Source: Macrostomum hystrix (Eukaryota; Animalia; Platyhelminthes). From it: DNA of 64,000 bases. The position numbers and the translations under genes were made by a program. Of the stretch, positions 12,958 to 25,249 are shown piece after piece. Each line of letters begins with the position of its first letter. The stretch's first letter is position 1. The stretch is from assembly GCA_950097015.1 (NCBI GenBank), contig CATNEN010000039.1:15438001-15502000 (forward strand), given 5' to 3'. The notes under the pieces are model-generated. The model made no database searches. It was given only the letters and a program-made list of their open reading frames with translations, and had not been told where the DNA came from.

Positions 12958-13917
12958 TTACTGCCTTACCAGTCGACGTTGGTTGGCACTCTGCAGATTA
13001 AACTGGTTAATTAGCCATTTAGCGGTTCCCTCGTCCGGGTAGGGCAATCTAGCTAATTTGTCGTTCAGGCAGCTCACACTGTTTAAATCCTTGTCACTCA
13101 GTCTGGAGGTCATCATACTCTCGTCTTCTCCCAGGGGCTTAAAAGCCGCTACTTCTTCGCCCTTCACAATACGGACTTCTTCTTCACCGCTATTCAACAA
13201 CCTAACTAGGACATGGCTAGAGGCGCTAACCTGATCTAGGGAGTGGGCAACAAGGACTGGCGAATCTGAACTGAAAAGCTTGTTCCCAACTATCCCGTTG
13301 GATTGGACTTCGGCACCAACCGCTCTCCCAGGCACTACAGTCTCCGATCTGGGTGGCAGAACGGTGTTGCAAGCAGCAACGACGCGATTGACCTTACAAA
13401 TGTCACTGGGTTCACGGAGGATGGGGATATACTCGCCGGCACACATCACGCGGTCAGAAGCCATATCCATGACAATCTGAAAGCTACTGCAAAAATCTAG
13501 ACCTAGGAGCATCTCGGTCAAGGGCCCTTCTACGACTAGGAAGATGTGGGTCTTCTGCACCTTGCCAAGCTTTAGCTCACACTCGAGTTTTCCTAGGATC
13601 TCGGACCTGGCTCCGTTAAAACCGGTGGCGGCACGTTGCACACGAGCAGGCGTAAAGGTGTTGTTAATAGGGTCAGCGTCTAGGAGTTGATCGCGCAATT
13701 TTGGGCAGATCAGGGAGGCATTGGCTCCTGGGTCAAGGAGTCTCACGAACTTGGTGTCCGCAATCTCAACTTGGGCGAAGAACCCTCTCTGATAATTTGG
13801 CAAGTCTGAATTGGCCTCAGCAAACCTGGTTCCTTCGCTTGCTGGGCTCACAGCAATGGCTTTGTCCCGGGGTCTTCCAGGGTCAGCAACGCTGCTGAAG
13901 AACACACTGGCGCCCAC
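12958..13917 (-). pseudogene. retrotransposon aspartic protease and downstream beta-rich region
   Basis: LLDPGANASLI (degenerate D[ST]G), ATGFNGARSEILGK and MLLGLDF retropepsin motifs; VLPPRSETVV segment typical of gypsy pol before RT. Confidence 0.8.
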
Positions 13918-14049
13918 TAGTTAGTGACTAAGGGCTAGGTCCATCAATGGTGGAGCAAACTGGGACAGATGTGTAAACACCGAGTCTCCTAGCTGAGCAG
14001 ACTGGATGAATCCATAGGAATCACTCCATTGGGTCACCTTACCCTTCTC
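13846..14049 (-). other. cold-shock (OB-fold) domain in the gag-pol junction, interrupted by one TAA
   Basis: EKGKVTQWSDSYGFIQSAQLGDSVFTHLSQF...SH*LVGASVFFSSVADPGRPRDKAIAVS, 68 codons, with RNP1-like YGFI and RNP2-like VFTH. In frame with the protease. Confidence 0.7.
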
Positions 14050-15080
14050 CCTGGGCTGGTGAGTTGGCCGAGGATTGGCTCTGCCGACAGGTCTGGCCAA
14101 GGACTGGGGTGTCCGAAACTTAGCAGGTGGGGCCCAGCTCCCCCTTTCTTGGAGTAGGGGCACTCAGCAATGAGATGGTCTGGTTCACCACACCTAAAAC
14201 AGCTTCTGTTAACTGGTTTTCCTTTCCCAACTGTGACTGGGGACTTGGGGAAACTAGGTGGGTTGTCTGGCCTTGGTAGTTCTTGAGACACACTGTGCTG
14301 GGGTGGCCTCCGCTGTTGGGCCTTAGTTTCCAACTCCCTAATCCTAGCCTTGAGGGCTTGGATTTCCTCGGACTCTACATTCCTGACTTTAGGTAGCTCA
14401 GTCATCCGGAGCAGCTGTCTAGTCTGGGCAGTGGATTGGGCCTTGGCTAGCAACTCTTCCAAAGGCGTAGCTGGAGTCTCCCTTAAGTGGTTGATTAACT
14501 TCTCAGCAATAGATTTGTCTAGCAGCCCGTAGCAGAACCTAGTCCTCACCAGGGATTCGAACTCAGGTCGTTTGGGCTCAGCAGAGTTGGCTAAGCCAAT
14601 TAAGCGGTCGAAATAGTCTACAATTGACTCTGAATTCATCTGCTGGGCTCCAGTCAACTCAATATAGAAGCTATCTGCATGGCTAGGCTTTCCATATCTA
14701 TTCCGGAGGCGCTGAACAGCTTGATCAAAGGTAAGTTCAAGCAGCCTATGGTTATAGAAGAATTCCTGACACTCAGGTGCCAAGGAGGCAAGTAGGATGG
14801 CAGACCAATGTTCAAGGTTACTACCGCTGGCATCTAAATTGAGTCCACCAAATTTCAAGCTTCAGTTTTGGTGAGAATGCCATAGGTGGTCTAATTTTAG
14901 TATTGTTCTTGGGCATAGAACTAGTACTATTCTTAGTAAAGTCTCTAATTTCAGCTAAAGTCCTAGCCACATCACCTAGAGTAGGTTCATGTTCGGCAAC
15001 ACTACCTGCTTCAACAACTACATCAGCCTGACCAAGACTACCAGCTAGATTTGGGGACTCTCCCCAGCTTCCTCACCATT
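14034..15080 (-). pseudogene. gag (capsid-like helices and CCHC zinc knuckle), frameshifted near 14860
   Basis: QMNSESIVDYFDRL (major-homology-region-like), RTRFCYGL and CFRCGEPDHLIAEC (CX2CX4HX4C). Confidence 0.8.
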
Positions 15081-15708
15081 CTCACTTCCTATCATCACTC
15101 AACAGAGAAAATCAAAAGAACATAAAGATTCTAATCAAGAAAGAAACCAGGAGAGGAATAGAGAAACCCTGAATTGTAACTCAGACTATAAAATTAATTC
15201 AACTTAGTGACAGCCTTTATATATATGCATATAAATCTAACTAACTAATACTTAAGTCAGCACTAAGCTAATTGCTGTCACCAACAACCTATCTAATAAA
15301 CAAAAAAAATATTAATAATAGAAACTCAGCTTCTGGCCTTTGCCACTGATGACAGATCCAGCACAGTCAGTCCTAAAGCACCAGTCAGCAGAACAGAAGT
15401 GCAGAGCAGCCAGGCAGGTCCAGCAGATTGGATGTACAGGTCGATAACCCAGGTCAGTCAGCAGGTACCGGTCAGCCAGGTGGGACAGCCAACAATGGAC
15501 GGCAGAGGCCAATGCAGGGCGCAGCCAGGTAGGGCACGGAACGCCGCAGGGTGCAGGATGCAGCAGGACACAGGACGCAGGCACAATATCAGAGGAAGAC
15601 CCGCAGCAACGCTGACTCACAGCCGACAGATGAAAGTAGCACAGCCTCAGTCTCGGTGCTACTTGGCGCTTATTCAATGGCAACGAGCACGGTGAACACG
15701 TGGAACAC

Positions 15709-15720
15709 GTGGGACCTCCA
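15709..15720 (-). promoter_or_regulatory. primer binding site complementary to the tRNA-Gln 3' end
   Basis: Minus strand TGGAGGTCCCAC pairs with the tRNA-Gln 3' end ...GUGGGACCUCCA. It lies 10 nt from the putative LTR end. Confidence 0.65.
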
Positions 15721-15730
15721 AATAAATATA

Positions 15731-16224
15731 TGTAACACTCGAGGACTCCGAATATGGACTATTGTATTTAGTAGTCTGCTTAACAAAAATTATTAACAGC
15801 TTCTGATGACGTTGGATTGGTGTAGCGGAGATGGACTGTCTAGTTATTTATTAAAATGTCGGTCCTAACCTGCGAGTTTATTTAGATTGTCTTGTCTTAG
15901 TAGAAAGGTCTTAATTAAGCTCTAGCGCCCACTATGAGTCCAACACCACTGGTAATCGGCCAAGCCGAAGCTTGAAATACGCAGCGAATCAGATTTTAAA
16001 TACGGCGCGCAGATATATGGAATATAGTAAATGATAAACGGACTTTCAATGCTGCATTAATAATGAATAATATATGTACTATTATAGACTTTATATAGAT
16101 AAATAGGAGAAATTATACATTAATATACTTTACTAGAAATACAAAGATGCAACTCACATAGAAACTAAAAATACATAGATAAATAACGACAAAATACGAC
16201 TACAAAATAAATGACATCGTCACA
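15731..16224 (-). repeat. putative 5' LTR of the gypsy remnant
   Basis: Minus-strand termini TGTGAC...GTTACA, next to the PBS. No second copy in the window. Confidence 0.5.
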
Positions 16225-18434
16225 GACATGTATGTAGAAAAGAAAAGTGTATTTTTAAATTAAAACGCATAAAGGAATTAACGAATCCAGCGTCCATTTT
16301 AAGTGCTGATGCCTTTTCGCTATTGTCAGCCGCTCTGATTCTTGAAATCATGTCGCCAGGCATCTCTGGCAGAGAATACACCACACCCGCTTGACAAAAT
16401 CACGAGATTTCACGAGTTTGTCACGTGAAAAACTGGTAATTCAAACTCGTGAGAAACACGTTAAAAAGTGACCGTTATGATTACGAGTTTTTCACGTTAT
16501 TAACTCGCAAAAACTCGTATATGCTTTTGTGGATGGTTTTCGTGCATATATACGAATATTTGTATACTACTCGTAGTCAATGCAGTCGGATGTTCCAACT
16601 TCAGGTATTAATTATATGCTAGCTGCATGCGAAATGGCCTATAGCTTCTCGCTCTCAGCTGACCCGATCTTTAATATTTCCGACTCAATTTATTGCCATG
16701 CCAGTTTGCTTCTGGAGAATGCATAATATAGTACTTAAAACGATTCATGAAAACATAGATGATATTGTTAGCACGTGTGCACATACTATAGCTACCAGCG
16801 CAAAAAAAGAAGCAAAACTTGTTAGATAAAGCTCAGCTGTCATAGCTGTCATGACGGTTAAATTGTGGCAGGTCGATTAACTCTGCTATGATTGATTTAA
16901 AAGAGTCCTAAAAATGTTTGTGAATTTTTTACTTTGTTAAAATATGAATGTATTCTTATAGAGAAGATACAGTAAAAAGTAGTTGAAATGTAATCTTCAA
17001 TTTCTTCCATGCCTTTGACCTTCGTTTCAGGCAGACAGAATGGGGGTATGGGCGTCTTATAATCCAGGATATTCAAAATGCAGTTGCTCTTCCAGACTTA
17101 ATAATTAGACACTTCATAGAATTACATTTTACAACGCGTAAACTGCATTGGCATGCTTATTCAAAATCACAATGAAAAGACAAAACTTTGCTGTACCGAA
17201 AAATTACTGACTGAAAATGGCTACTAAAATACTCGTAGTTTGCGCCGTAAAGTTTCTGGATTATGAAATTTAGGTTTTGTGAATGCATCCAAACGTAATG
17301 ATTAAAAGCTGTAGTAATGTAATATTGTACATGATTACATGTACAGTGCCTGCCTATTTACACTGGTCAATAAAAGATTCTTACACGATTGCACTTTAAA
17401 AAGGACAAGTCTGACTAAAAGCAAGGCGGTCCAAATTCGAAGGGCCTCCAGGCTGCCCGGATGCGCAGTGGGTAGCAGCGGCGTCGACAACAGACTCGGC
17501 GTCAGCAGAATTTCATCTTCTGGAGCTGGACTTAGGATGGCTGCATCACTGTAGACACACTGTCGCTGGACACCAGCCCGGCAGGTCAGCAGGTTCTGAT
17601 TGAATCGACGATGGAGATCTGGTCAAGAAAAAAGATGGTTCTTTTAGAACGACTCTCAGAACTTTTAAACTGACAGGCCTTTATAGCGATTCAAGGTTTC
17701 ACATTCCGAAATTGGGGTGGGTGGCTGGTGCAGGTGTATGTACATTCGTTGCTCAATGTATGTTCCTTAGATCCATGAAGATGGCACGTGCAACAATGCA
17801 TGAGACTACGAACTGACACCATTTTAAGTAAGATTCCAAAACTGGCGCCCATCATGTCATGCCAATGACCCAATGAGACATTTGAGGACAACAATAAAAG
17901 TGGCACCCTTTGAAATCCAAAAATGGCATCGAAGCGGATAAAAAGCATGACGTCTCATTCATGCGACTGCACTCACCATCCAAACAAAAAATGAAGAGTC
18001 ACTTTCTCCAATATATCCCCTTCTAAAACCAACCTGGCCCCGACAGTCCAGTATCCACGCGACTCGCTAGGCCCACTCCATTCGCCTCGAGCTCACGCAG
18101 CTCGGCTGCCAGTCCGTTCAGCTGGTCTTGCCCCGTTTTGTGGCAGCTCGATTCCGCTAGCCTAGCCAATACGCGCCTTCTCTGAATGACGTCGTCTGGC
18201 AGTAACGACAATGTCGACGATGGCTCGGCGTTGCATTATGGTCAAAGGAGTCGGACATTTGACTGTTTCGTGCTCTTTGGATTCGGCCAGGCTCAACTTC
18301 ATCTATGAATCTGGAGGAATGGAGGAATAATTGGAGTGGGGAATAATGAGCTGAGTTATAGACAGTAGATGGAATACTGCTGAGTATGGAAGAATAAATT
18401 AACATATTGCCCAAACCTTGCATTGCCTGTGCAA

Positions 18435-20480
18435 TTAGACAGCTGAGCCTCTATGTGTGCTCAAGATGCTAATGAATACATAAGCTGACCCACCAATCGG
18501 CAGGCAAAGCATCTTGCACTTAATATAGTCCAGTGGAACGCGAGAAATCGTGCGGCTAAAGCGTGCTCCGGAAAAGATGCCGATCTGCGACGACTTTACT
18601 GGGAACGTGAAGTAGTCTTTGGCATCGATTAGAGCTCAAACAAACAGTTCATTTTCTCGAGCAAATAGAAATTTCATGACACGATTGTCGGCACTTAGGA
18701 ACTAGCAATCCTTCCCATTACGCTTTAAATCGAAGCCTCGGGATTTAAGCAGCACCGTGGCGAATCCCTTGTTATTTAGCTTCTTAAAAGCAACTGCCGG
18801 ACTTGACGGAGCAGCGGAGCTAAAAAATCCAAGCAGGGATTGATCCGTTCGTCGCACCAAGTTCACAAGTTGCTGCAGTGGCCTTGGTCCTGGGTGAATT
18901 AGACGCTTAATTCTGCCCAGGAAACTTTCAAAAGTAAAGTTGCTGAATGATTCTGCTGGGCCAAAGCGCTCACAGTCCATCGGCAGGTGCAACATGCTGT
19001 GGGCATTGTATGTCGAGCCTAGGATCCGGTTCGCATTCTCGAGAAAGAAAGCAATTTGCTCCTGCATGGCTGATGTACTCTGGCCATAGAAGTCGGGATG
19101 ACAAACAATCCGCATGCAGCAGCAAATGCAGCAGAACAACATGTAGTATTCGCTGTCGGCAGTATTTCTTAGCACAACAATCCCAATGTAGTTGGAAAAC
19201 AATCTTAGTTCCGTGGCCTTCCACATTTTCAAGTGCTTGAGGGAACGAGGTTTTCTGGCAAAATCGTTTGTTATCCATTCTCTTGCGATTAAGGCCATTG
19301 AAGCATCAAACTGATCCCTCAAAGGTCGTGACAAGCGAAATGGAGATTCTGCTACGCGGAGAAGATCAAGCATTTTAAGACAGATGCCCTTGTAGCAGCT
19401 GTGCTTGACGTCATTGGGGAAATCCCAAACCATATCAACTTGGGAGAGCCGCTCAAATGGTGTTTTAACAATTGGATGGACGCGATATTGTTCTCGGTGA
19501 TGATCATCCTGATCCCGCTGTCGGAAGCTTCCATCTGTCCTCAGTTGCGAAAAGATGGTCTCACAGAAGGTCATCGTTCCATTTTCACGAACTCCTCGTA
19601 CATAGCACCGATCGCAGCCATAATAACTATTATGGGCTTTAATTCCCTTGACATACGCACGCGCAGGAGTGTCGCAGCAAATGCAACGCAGACGGATTGA
19701 ATACATTTCGGTTTCACTAACCCGAAAGCCGTCGCAAATCATGGTTTCTAACTCGTTGATCAAAGACAGCAAAAGTTCTTGCGGATCATCAGGTTTAGAA
19801 CCTCCAAATTGGGCAGAGACAAGAAAATCTGAGTTCTGCATTTCTTTAACATTAGCGGAAACAATCCAAAACCCTGAAGTTCCAGACAAAGTAAGAGGCA
19901 TGCCGTCGATATTAATACTAACTTCAAGTACATTGCACTCATTACCCTTATTAGCTAGATAAGACTTGTTTATGCTCACCAAGGTTTTGAGTCCGCGTTC
20001 CAGACCAAAATGATGGAATGAATCTGGCAGGACACCATCAATAGTATCTAGCTCAGGATTGATTTCAACAAGTCTCCTGTAGTCTTTCGGCAACTCTGGA
20101 TGACGCTTGCGGAGTACCTTAAGCAGATAATTTCCACTTTCTCTGGTTTGGTGTGTCTCAATGCAGAATAATCGAATTTCCTCGCGAAAAGAACCTTCGT
20201 TCACTGACGATCCAATTCCGCTTCCAGAGGTCGTGTCACTGTCGCAAGTAGACGAGGACTCTGCCGCAGCTTCAGCATTTATGTTCTGCTCTCTTGATGA
20301 TGACGCATGCTCGCATTCACATAGTTCTTGTTGACAACTAGCCAATTCAGGGACATTGAGAGTAGCACTCGCAATAGCAACTTCCTGAGAAGACCCAGAC
20401 GTGTCAGATGATGTTGATGCCACCAAGAGGGCAGATTGAGTAGAATTCAGAAGCTTACGGCGCTTGCTTCGGGCAGACAT
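18435..20480 (-). pseudogene. CACTA/EnSpm-like DDE transposase with premature stops at 18702 and ~18636
   Basis: INIDGMPL, ICCDTPARAYVKGIKAHNSYYGCDRC, FPNDVKH, WKATELRLF, YNAHSMLHL and SNFTFESFLG. The frame continues past the stop (YFTFPVKSSQIGIF) to TAA at 18435. Confidence 0.85.
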
Positions 20481-21184
20481 CTGAGTGGTGAAGGCTGGAA
20501 TGGTAAAACAAAACGAAGTGAGTTACTTGGCAGAATTTGTATACTAGCATAACAATAGCAATTGAGCACACACTAAAAATCCTTCAGCGACCAAAACTTT
20601 ACAAAATATAAATAATTCATTGAAGCTTGAACAACAAACACAACTAAAAGGTGCACAACATTAACAATAACAATGCAAAAAATTTCGAAGAAAACTAACA
20701 ACAGACTATATTTTTATTATTGCAACTAAATCTTAAGATTGTTAGAAAGGCAACCATTGAATTTGAGCAGACAAAACAAATGAGTATAAGAATTAATTAA
20801 AAGGTGAGGCATTGCATAACGCAAGCTAAACAAGATGGGCTTATTGATTTGAATATCAACATGTTGTATGGAAATTTGACAATATAATTAGCCGCGGCTT
20901 AGAAAATATTTTTGTCTATTTATATTATAAGAAATAATTGTGTTAAAAATATTGATAAATTTCAAACAAATGCAGAACCGCTAAATAACAACAAAATTTG
21001 AGCTATATAGAAAAAAATGCTATATGAAGACGTCTTTTGTAAAAATTACTTGGTGCACTTAATAATTTCTTTATTGAAAACTGAACAATGAGATTTATTT
21101 TACAAAATACATAGACGCTGAAATAGTCAATTGTCAGTCCAACTTCATCCTAAAACACTGAACAAGAGCTGCATATAAAACTTG

Positions 21185-21533
21185 CTAGTTACTATTCTCT
21201 TCAATCTCACTTTCAACAGACTCAGCCATAGCAGCTACACTTGTAGCAGCTTGTTGCTTTGCTCGTGAGTAGGCCCCATTTACTTGCCGATCTTTCCGTT
21301 GAGAATGTGATTTTTCTGACACAGGCATTCTCTTGAGTGCATCACCTAGCTTGCTTGTAACTGATTGCACATGCTTGCCCTTGTCAAAGGTTCTGCCTTT
21401 AGATTTGGCAAGGATGTTGAGGACAATAGTTGCTAGCTTAGGATATTCAACAAGTGCTGCCTTCTTGCCACGCTGGCCATATTTGTTATACAAGGACCAG
21501 ACTTTGCTTGTGGCAATGCCAATCAACACATGA
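21185..21533 (-). pseudogene. 3' part of the DUF4806/BEN-like accessory gene of element 1
   Basis: VWSLYNKYGQRGKKAALVEY. Rejoins in frame with 28338-29400 once the nested insertion is removed. Confidence 0.75.
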
Positions 21534-21948
21534 CCCTACTCTCCTTGCATGGATAAATCATGGATGAAGCATCCATGATGCCATGTATGGATCATACCTG
21601 AACATGTATGGAGCCATACCTGATCATACATGGTTCCACGTAAACTTCATCCATGGTTACTTTCCATCCATGTACATTGATGTATGATTTTAAATATAAT
21701 TTTCCTTACTACACTACTGTTAGTAGAACGCAATGTTTGCGTAGGTTCATTTTAAAGCTGAAATTTTCTAAACAAATTCGGCAGCATCTTTAGTGCTGCT
21801 GAGAAATATGTTTCCATTCCCTTATAAATCACTTTCAAAACAAAAAAGTATCAGAACAAATACTTATGCAATTAAATGTAGAAGTAATTGAAAACTCGTA
21901 TGATGACCATTTCGAGACTTATATTATTAATGATAATTAGGCATAATT

Positions 21949-22571
21949 CATTTCAAAGTACTGTAAGAAAAAATAAGACAGCTCAGTCTCAGAGAGCTTT
22001 AAAATACAGAATGGACAGAATTTGACGCATTTCAAGGTACTGTAAGAAAAAATAAGACAGCTCAGAGAGCTTTAAAATACAGAATAGACAGAATTTGACG
22101 CATTTCAAGGTACTGTAAGAAAAAATAAAACAGCTCAGAGAGCTTTAAAATACAGAATAGACAGAATTTGACGCATTTCAAGGTACTGTAAGAAAAAATA
22201 AGACAGCTCAGAGAGCTTTAAAATACAGAATAGACAGAATTTGACGCATTTCAAGGTACTGTAAGAAAAAATAAAACAGCTCAGAGAGCTTTAAAATACA
22301 GAATAGACAGAATTTGACGCATTTCAAGGTACTGTAAGAAAAAATAAAACAGCTCAGAGAGCTTTAAAATACAGAATAGACAGAATTTGACGCATTTCAA
22401 GGTACTGTAAGAAAAATAAAACAGCTCAGAGAGCTTTAAGATACAGAATAGACAGAATTTGACGCATTTCAAGGTACTGTAAGAAAAAATAAAACAGCTC
22501 AGAGAGCTTTAAGATACAGAATAGACAGAATTTGACGCATTTCAAGGTACTGTAAGAAAAAATAAAACAGT
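21949..22571. repeat. 73-bp minisatellite, ~8.5 near-identical copies, inside element 2
   Basis: Unit CATTTCAAGGTACTGTAAGAAAAAATAA(G/A)ACAGCTCAGAGAGCTTTAAAATACAGAATAGACAGAATTTGACG recurs at 22028, 22101, 22174, 22247 and onward. Confidence 0.95.
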
Positions 22572-22899
22572 AAATTTTACTGAACAGTCAATAAATAGAA
22601 TTAGCCGAATTCGGTACGCATTAAGGGCAAGGGCCGACTAATCCTTTACGAAACGAAGTTAATGCTGCATTAGTCAATTATTTGCGCACAGAAACTTGGA
22701 GATTTTGAATATGGAGAGATCGGACAAAGAGAGGTAACGGTGGGAGTCTGAGAGGGAGGAAGTTGGGCATCTGGAAAGTTATTCTGATTCCCTGATGGTT
22801 TTATCTTGGTCATGGAGCATAATTTTATTTTCTGCCAGACTTTGCAGCATTAATAATAAAATAATCGGATCTAAGGTACGGACACATACTCGTACCTTT

Positions 22900-25200
22900 T
22901 TAATCATGTTCAAACTCTTTGAACAATGGCACAGCGCAATAACAGTCTTTGCTGAACGATTCTACTGGAACAGCGATGCAGGGTCGATCGACCTCTGAAA
23001 AATTAACTATACGTTCGCGTCTGGCCGATCTGGGCGCATTAGACAGGGATATCAATACAAAATTGAATGTCGAAGACTTTTTGAACATGGATTCCAGCAA
23101 TGCTTTCCAATTAAGTAAATCGATGGGGAAAGTTGCTGCTGGTACTCGTAAAACAAAATCAAACAGCGAACCAATGGGATCCAAAATTTGCACTCGAATA
23201 GTATTAGGCTCGAGGAACTCTGCAATAGTGCAGATTTCGCCGGACTTCAATTGGCAAAGATGGTTAGAATTTTTCGACGCACAAGCTGAGCTTGTCGAGA
23301 AAAAATGTCCATTAAAATAAGCAAGTGAGTTTCGAAGAATACCATGTGGCCTGGATGGCTCTAAAGATATAGAGTTAACTGCATCCACTACAATAGAGTC
23401 CTTAACACAAGAAAAGTAGTGATGTAGCAACTTTTGAAACAAAAACTTGCGAACAAGCTGTGGGCCAAATGACACAGTTCCGCATAAGAACTTTTTGAAC
23501 ATGCCAATGGAGCTCTCAAATGCGAACATAGAATAATTAAATACAGGTCCGTACAATTCGTACTGTTCAGCCATATGCAAAAGCAGGTGGAAATTAAGGC
23601 GGAGTACTTTCGGTCCGAATATTTGCTGAGCATTGGAGATAAAAGCTTTGCATAGCTTTTCGATATCAGTCTTATTTGATTGGGGGCTATACAACATGTG
23701 ATAAATAAGAACTAAATTAGTTAACAGCAGTTTCAATGGAAAATGCGAAATTCTCTGCAAAAACGTAGGAAGAAAAAAGTATAGCGCAAAGTTTTTAAAA
23801 TGCTTTGCTTTCCAATCTGAAAAGCCTTTAAAATTTGTGTTGATTGTGATGCTAGAAGGAGTTATAGATTGACGAATACAATTAGATATGAAATCCATGC
23901 AATTAGCTGAGCAAAAATACAACTCGCGCCTGTTTGCAGGTAATGACAGCTCTTCTAGTAGATACTTGGTGTGGCCTTCGAAAAAGCAGTGTAAACTGTC
24001 AATAGGATTGCAGCTGGGAAACGGAACATAGTCTAACAAGCAACTGCGCATCTTTACGCCAAAAACAGGCCGATTTCGAATTTGTGCGAGCCGACAGTGT
24101 TCAAGATGGGAAGATGGGTTTCTCAAAGGAAACAAGTAGCCTTCACCATAGCGGAAGATCCAGTTTTTACCTTTCTCGGATACTTTAAAGCTCTCACCTG
24201 GGTGCAAGCACCTAGGACAGCTAAACGCACCATTGTACTGGTGAATGCAGAAGAGCTTAGCAAGAGCGGGCAAGTCACAAACAAAGAGTGTGTAATGGAC
24301 ATGAACGGTGTATTCCGAGAATATAAACTGTTTTGGCAAATTGTTCATAATTTCAGACAGAAAAGACTGGAAATGCGGGACTGCCTTCGATGAAACAAGA
24401 GCAATTAGAATTAAATTTGCAAAGCGTTGACGGATGTAAACAGGAAGGTTTAGAAGTTGAGCCTGAAATGGCCAAAAGCTACTCTGAACAGATTCAAAAA
24501 AATTGGCGCCATCAGCTGAGATTAGAAGATGCAAGTGAAGCGACTTGCCAGAAGATAGGCTTAAGCCTTGTTCTTTAACTATTTTGGAATTCAAAACGTC
24601 TGTGTTTTTATCCTTTTGCAATTCTTGCTCATACTGCAGAATAGTTGAAGTGTGGCTGCTTAAGATAGTCCGCAGCTGTGGAACAATATTGAGCTGTGTC
24701 ACAGCAACCTTTGACTTTGGGGAATGAACCTGACACTGGCTTTTGCATTCTGGGCAAAAGCCAAATTCAGACACGTCACTATCATCAAGAGGGCAAGTAT
24801 CTTGAATCAATGATTTGAGCAACTTGACGCTATTTGGAAGAGCTAGAGAATCTCTACTAAAAATAGAAAGTAGCTTCAGGAGTCTATCAAGAGCAGCCTC
24901 TGAAACTCCGGAAGTAATTGCCCACTGAAAAATCAGAGCCGCCTGCACACTGGGATCTGAGATGGAAGCCAAATTCGCTAAGCTATCTGAACTCTCCTCA
25001 AGCACAGGCACAGCATTGTTTTCACCAATAAAAGTTTCCACAGCGTCAGGACAGCTGTGCGAGTGCGTTACACCGGCTTCGCTTGAAATTGAACTCCTAT
25101 TACTTGTAGAAAAACTATTTGAGGGAGAAGAAATCGCCTGACAAGAGTAGGCTGAGTAATTAGTAGAAAGAGAGTGCTCAGATTCTGATTTACTAGACAT
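22900..25200 (-). CDS. intact CACTA/EnSpm-like DDE transposase, 766 aa
   Basis: Uninterrupted ORF with ISADGANFF, FVCDLPALAK..YNGAFSCPRC, PIDSLHCFFEG, WKAKHFKNF, LNFHLLLH and SMFAFESSIG. Confidence 0.9.
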   Translation of the reverse strand: MSSKSESEHSLSTNYSAYSCQAISSPSNSFSTSNRSSISSEAGVTHSHSCPDAVETFIGENNAVPVLEESSDSLANLASISDPSVQAALIFQWAITSGVSEAALDRLLKLLSIFSRDSLALPNSVKLLKSLIQDTCPLDDSDVSEFGFCPECKSQCQVHSPKSKVAVTQLNIVPQLRTILSSHTSTILQYEQELQKDKNTDVLNSKIVKEQGLSLSSGKSLHLHLLISADGANFFESVQSSFWPFQAQLLNLPVYIRQRFANLILIALVSSKAVPHFQSFLSEIMNNLPKQFIFSEYTVHVHYTLFVCDLPALAKLFCIHQYNGAFSCPRCLHPGESFKVSEKGKNWIFRYGEGYLFPLRNPSSHLEHCRLAQIRNRPVFGVKMRSCLLDYVPFPSCNPIDSLHCFFEGHTKYLLEELSLPANRRELYFCSANCMDFISNCIRQSITPSSITINTNFKGFSDWKAKHFKNFALYFFLPTFLQRISHFPLKLLLTNLVLIYHMLYSPQSNKTDIEKLCKAFISNAQQIFGPKVLRLNFHLLLHMAEQYELYGPVFNYSMFAFESSIGMFKKFLCGTVSFGPQLVRKFLFQKLLHHYFSCVKDSIVVDAVNSISLEPSRPHGILRNSLAYFNGHFFSTSSACASKNSNHLCQLKSGEICTIAEFLEPNTIRVQILDPIGSLFDFVLRVPAATFPIDLLNWKALLESMFKKSSTFNFVLISLSNAPRSARRERIVNFSEVDRPCIAVPVESFSKDCYCAVPLFKEFEHD

Positions 25201-25249
25201 AAAAATAGCAATTCAAATATTCAAAAGTTACTAGAATTTTTTCCGCAAT

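Larger units (their letters stand above)
12958..16224 (-). mobile_element. truncated Ty3/gypsy LTR retrotransposon (5' LTR, PBS, gag, cold-shock domain, protease; RT/RH/IN missing)
   Basis: Putative LTR 15731-16224, tRNA-Gln primer binding site, gag with CCHC knuckle, aspartic protease ORF. The element breaks off at ~12958. Confidence 0.8.

Noticed and set aside
15274-15283. Alternative PBS (TGGTGACAGC, tRNA-Leu-like)
   Set aside because: Not adjacent to an LTR CA end; the tRNA-Gln site fits better.
15709-15720. tRNA gene
   Set aside because: Only 12 nt match a tRNA-Gln 3' end, including CCA, with no cloverleaf. It is a PBS.
21949-22571. CRISPR-like regular array
   Set aside because: Units are contiguous and identical with no unique spacers; the context is eukaryotic and there are no cas genes.
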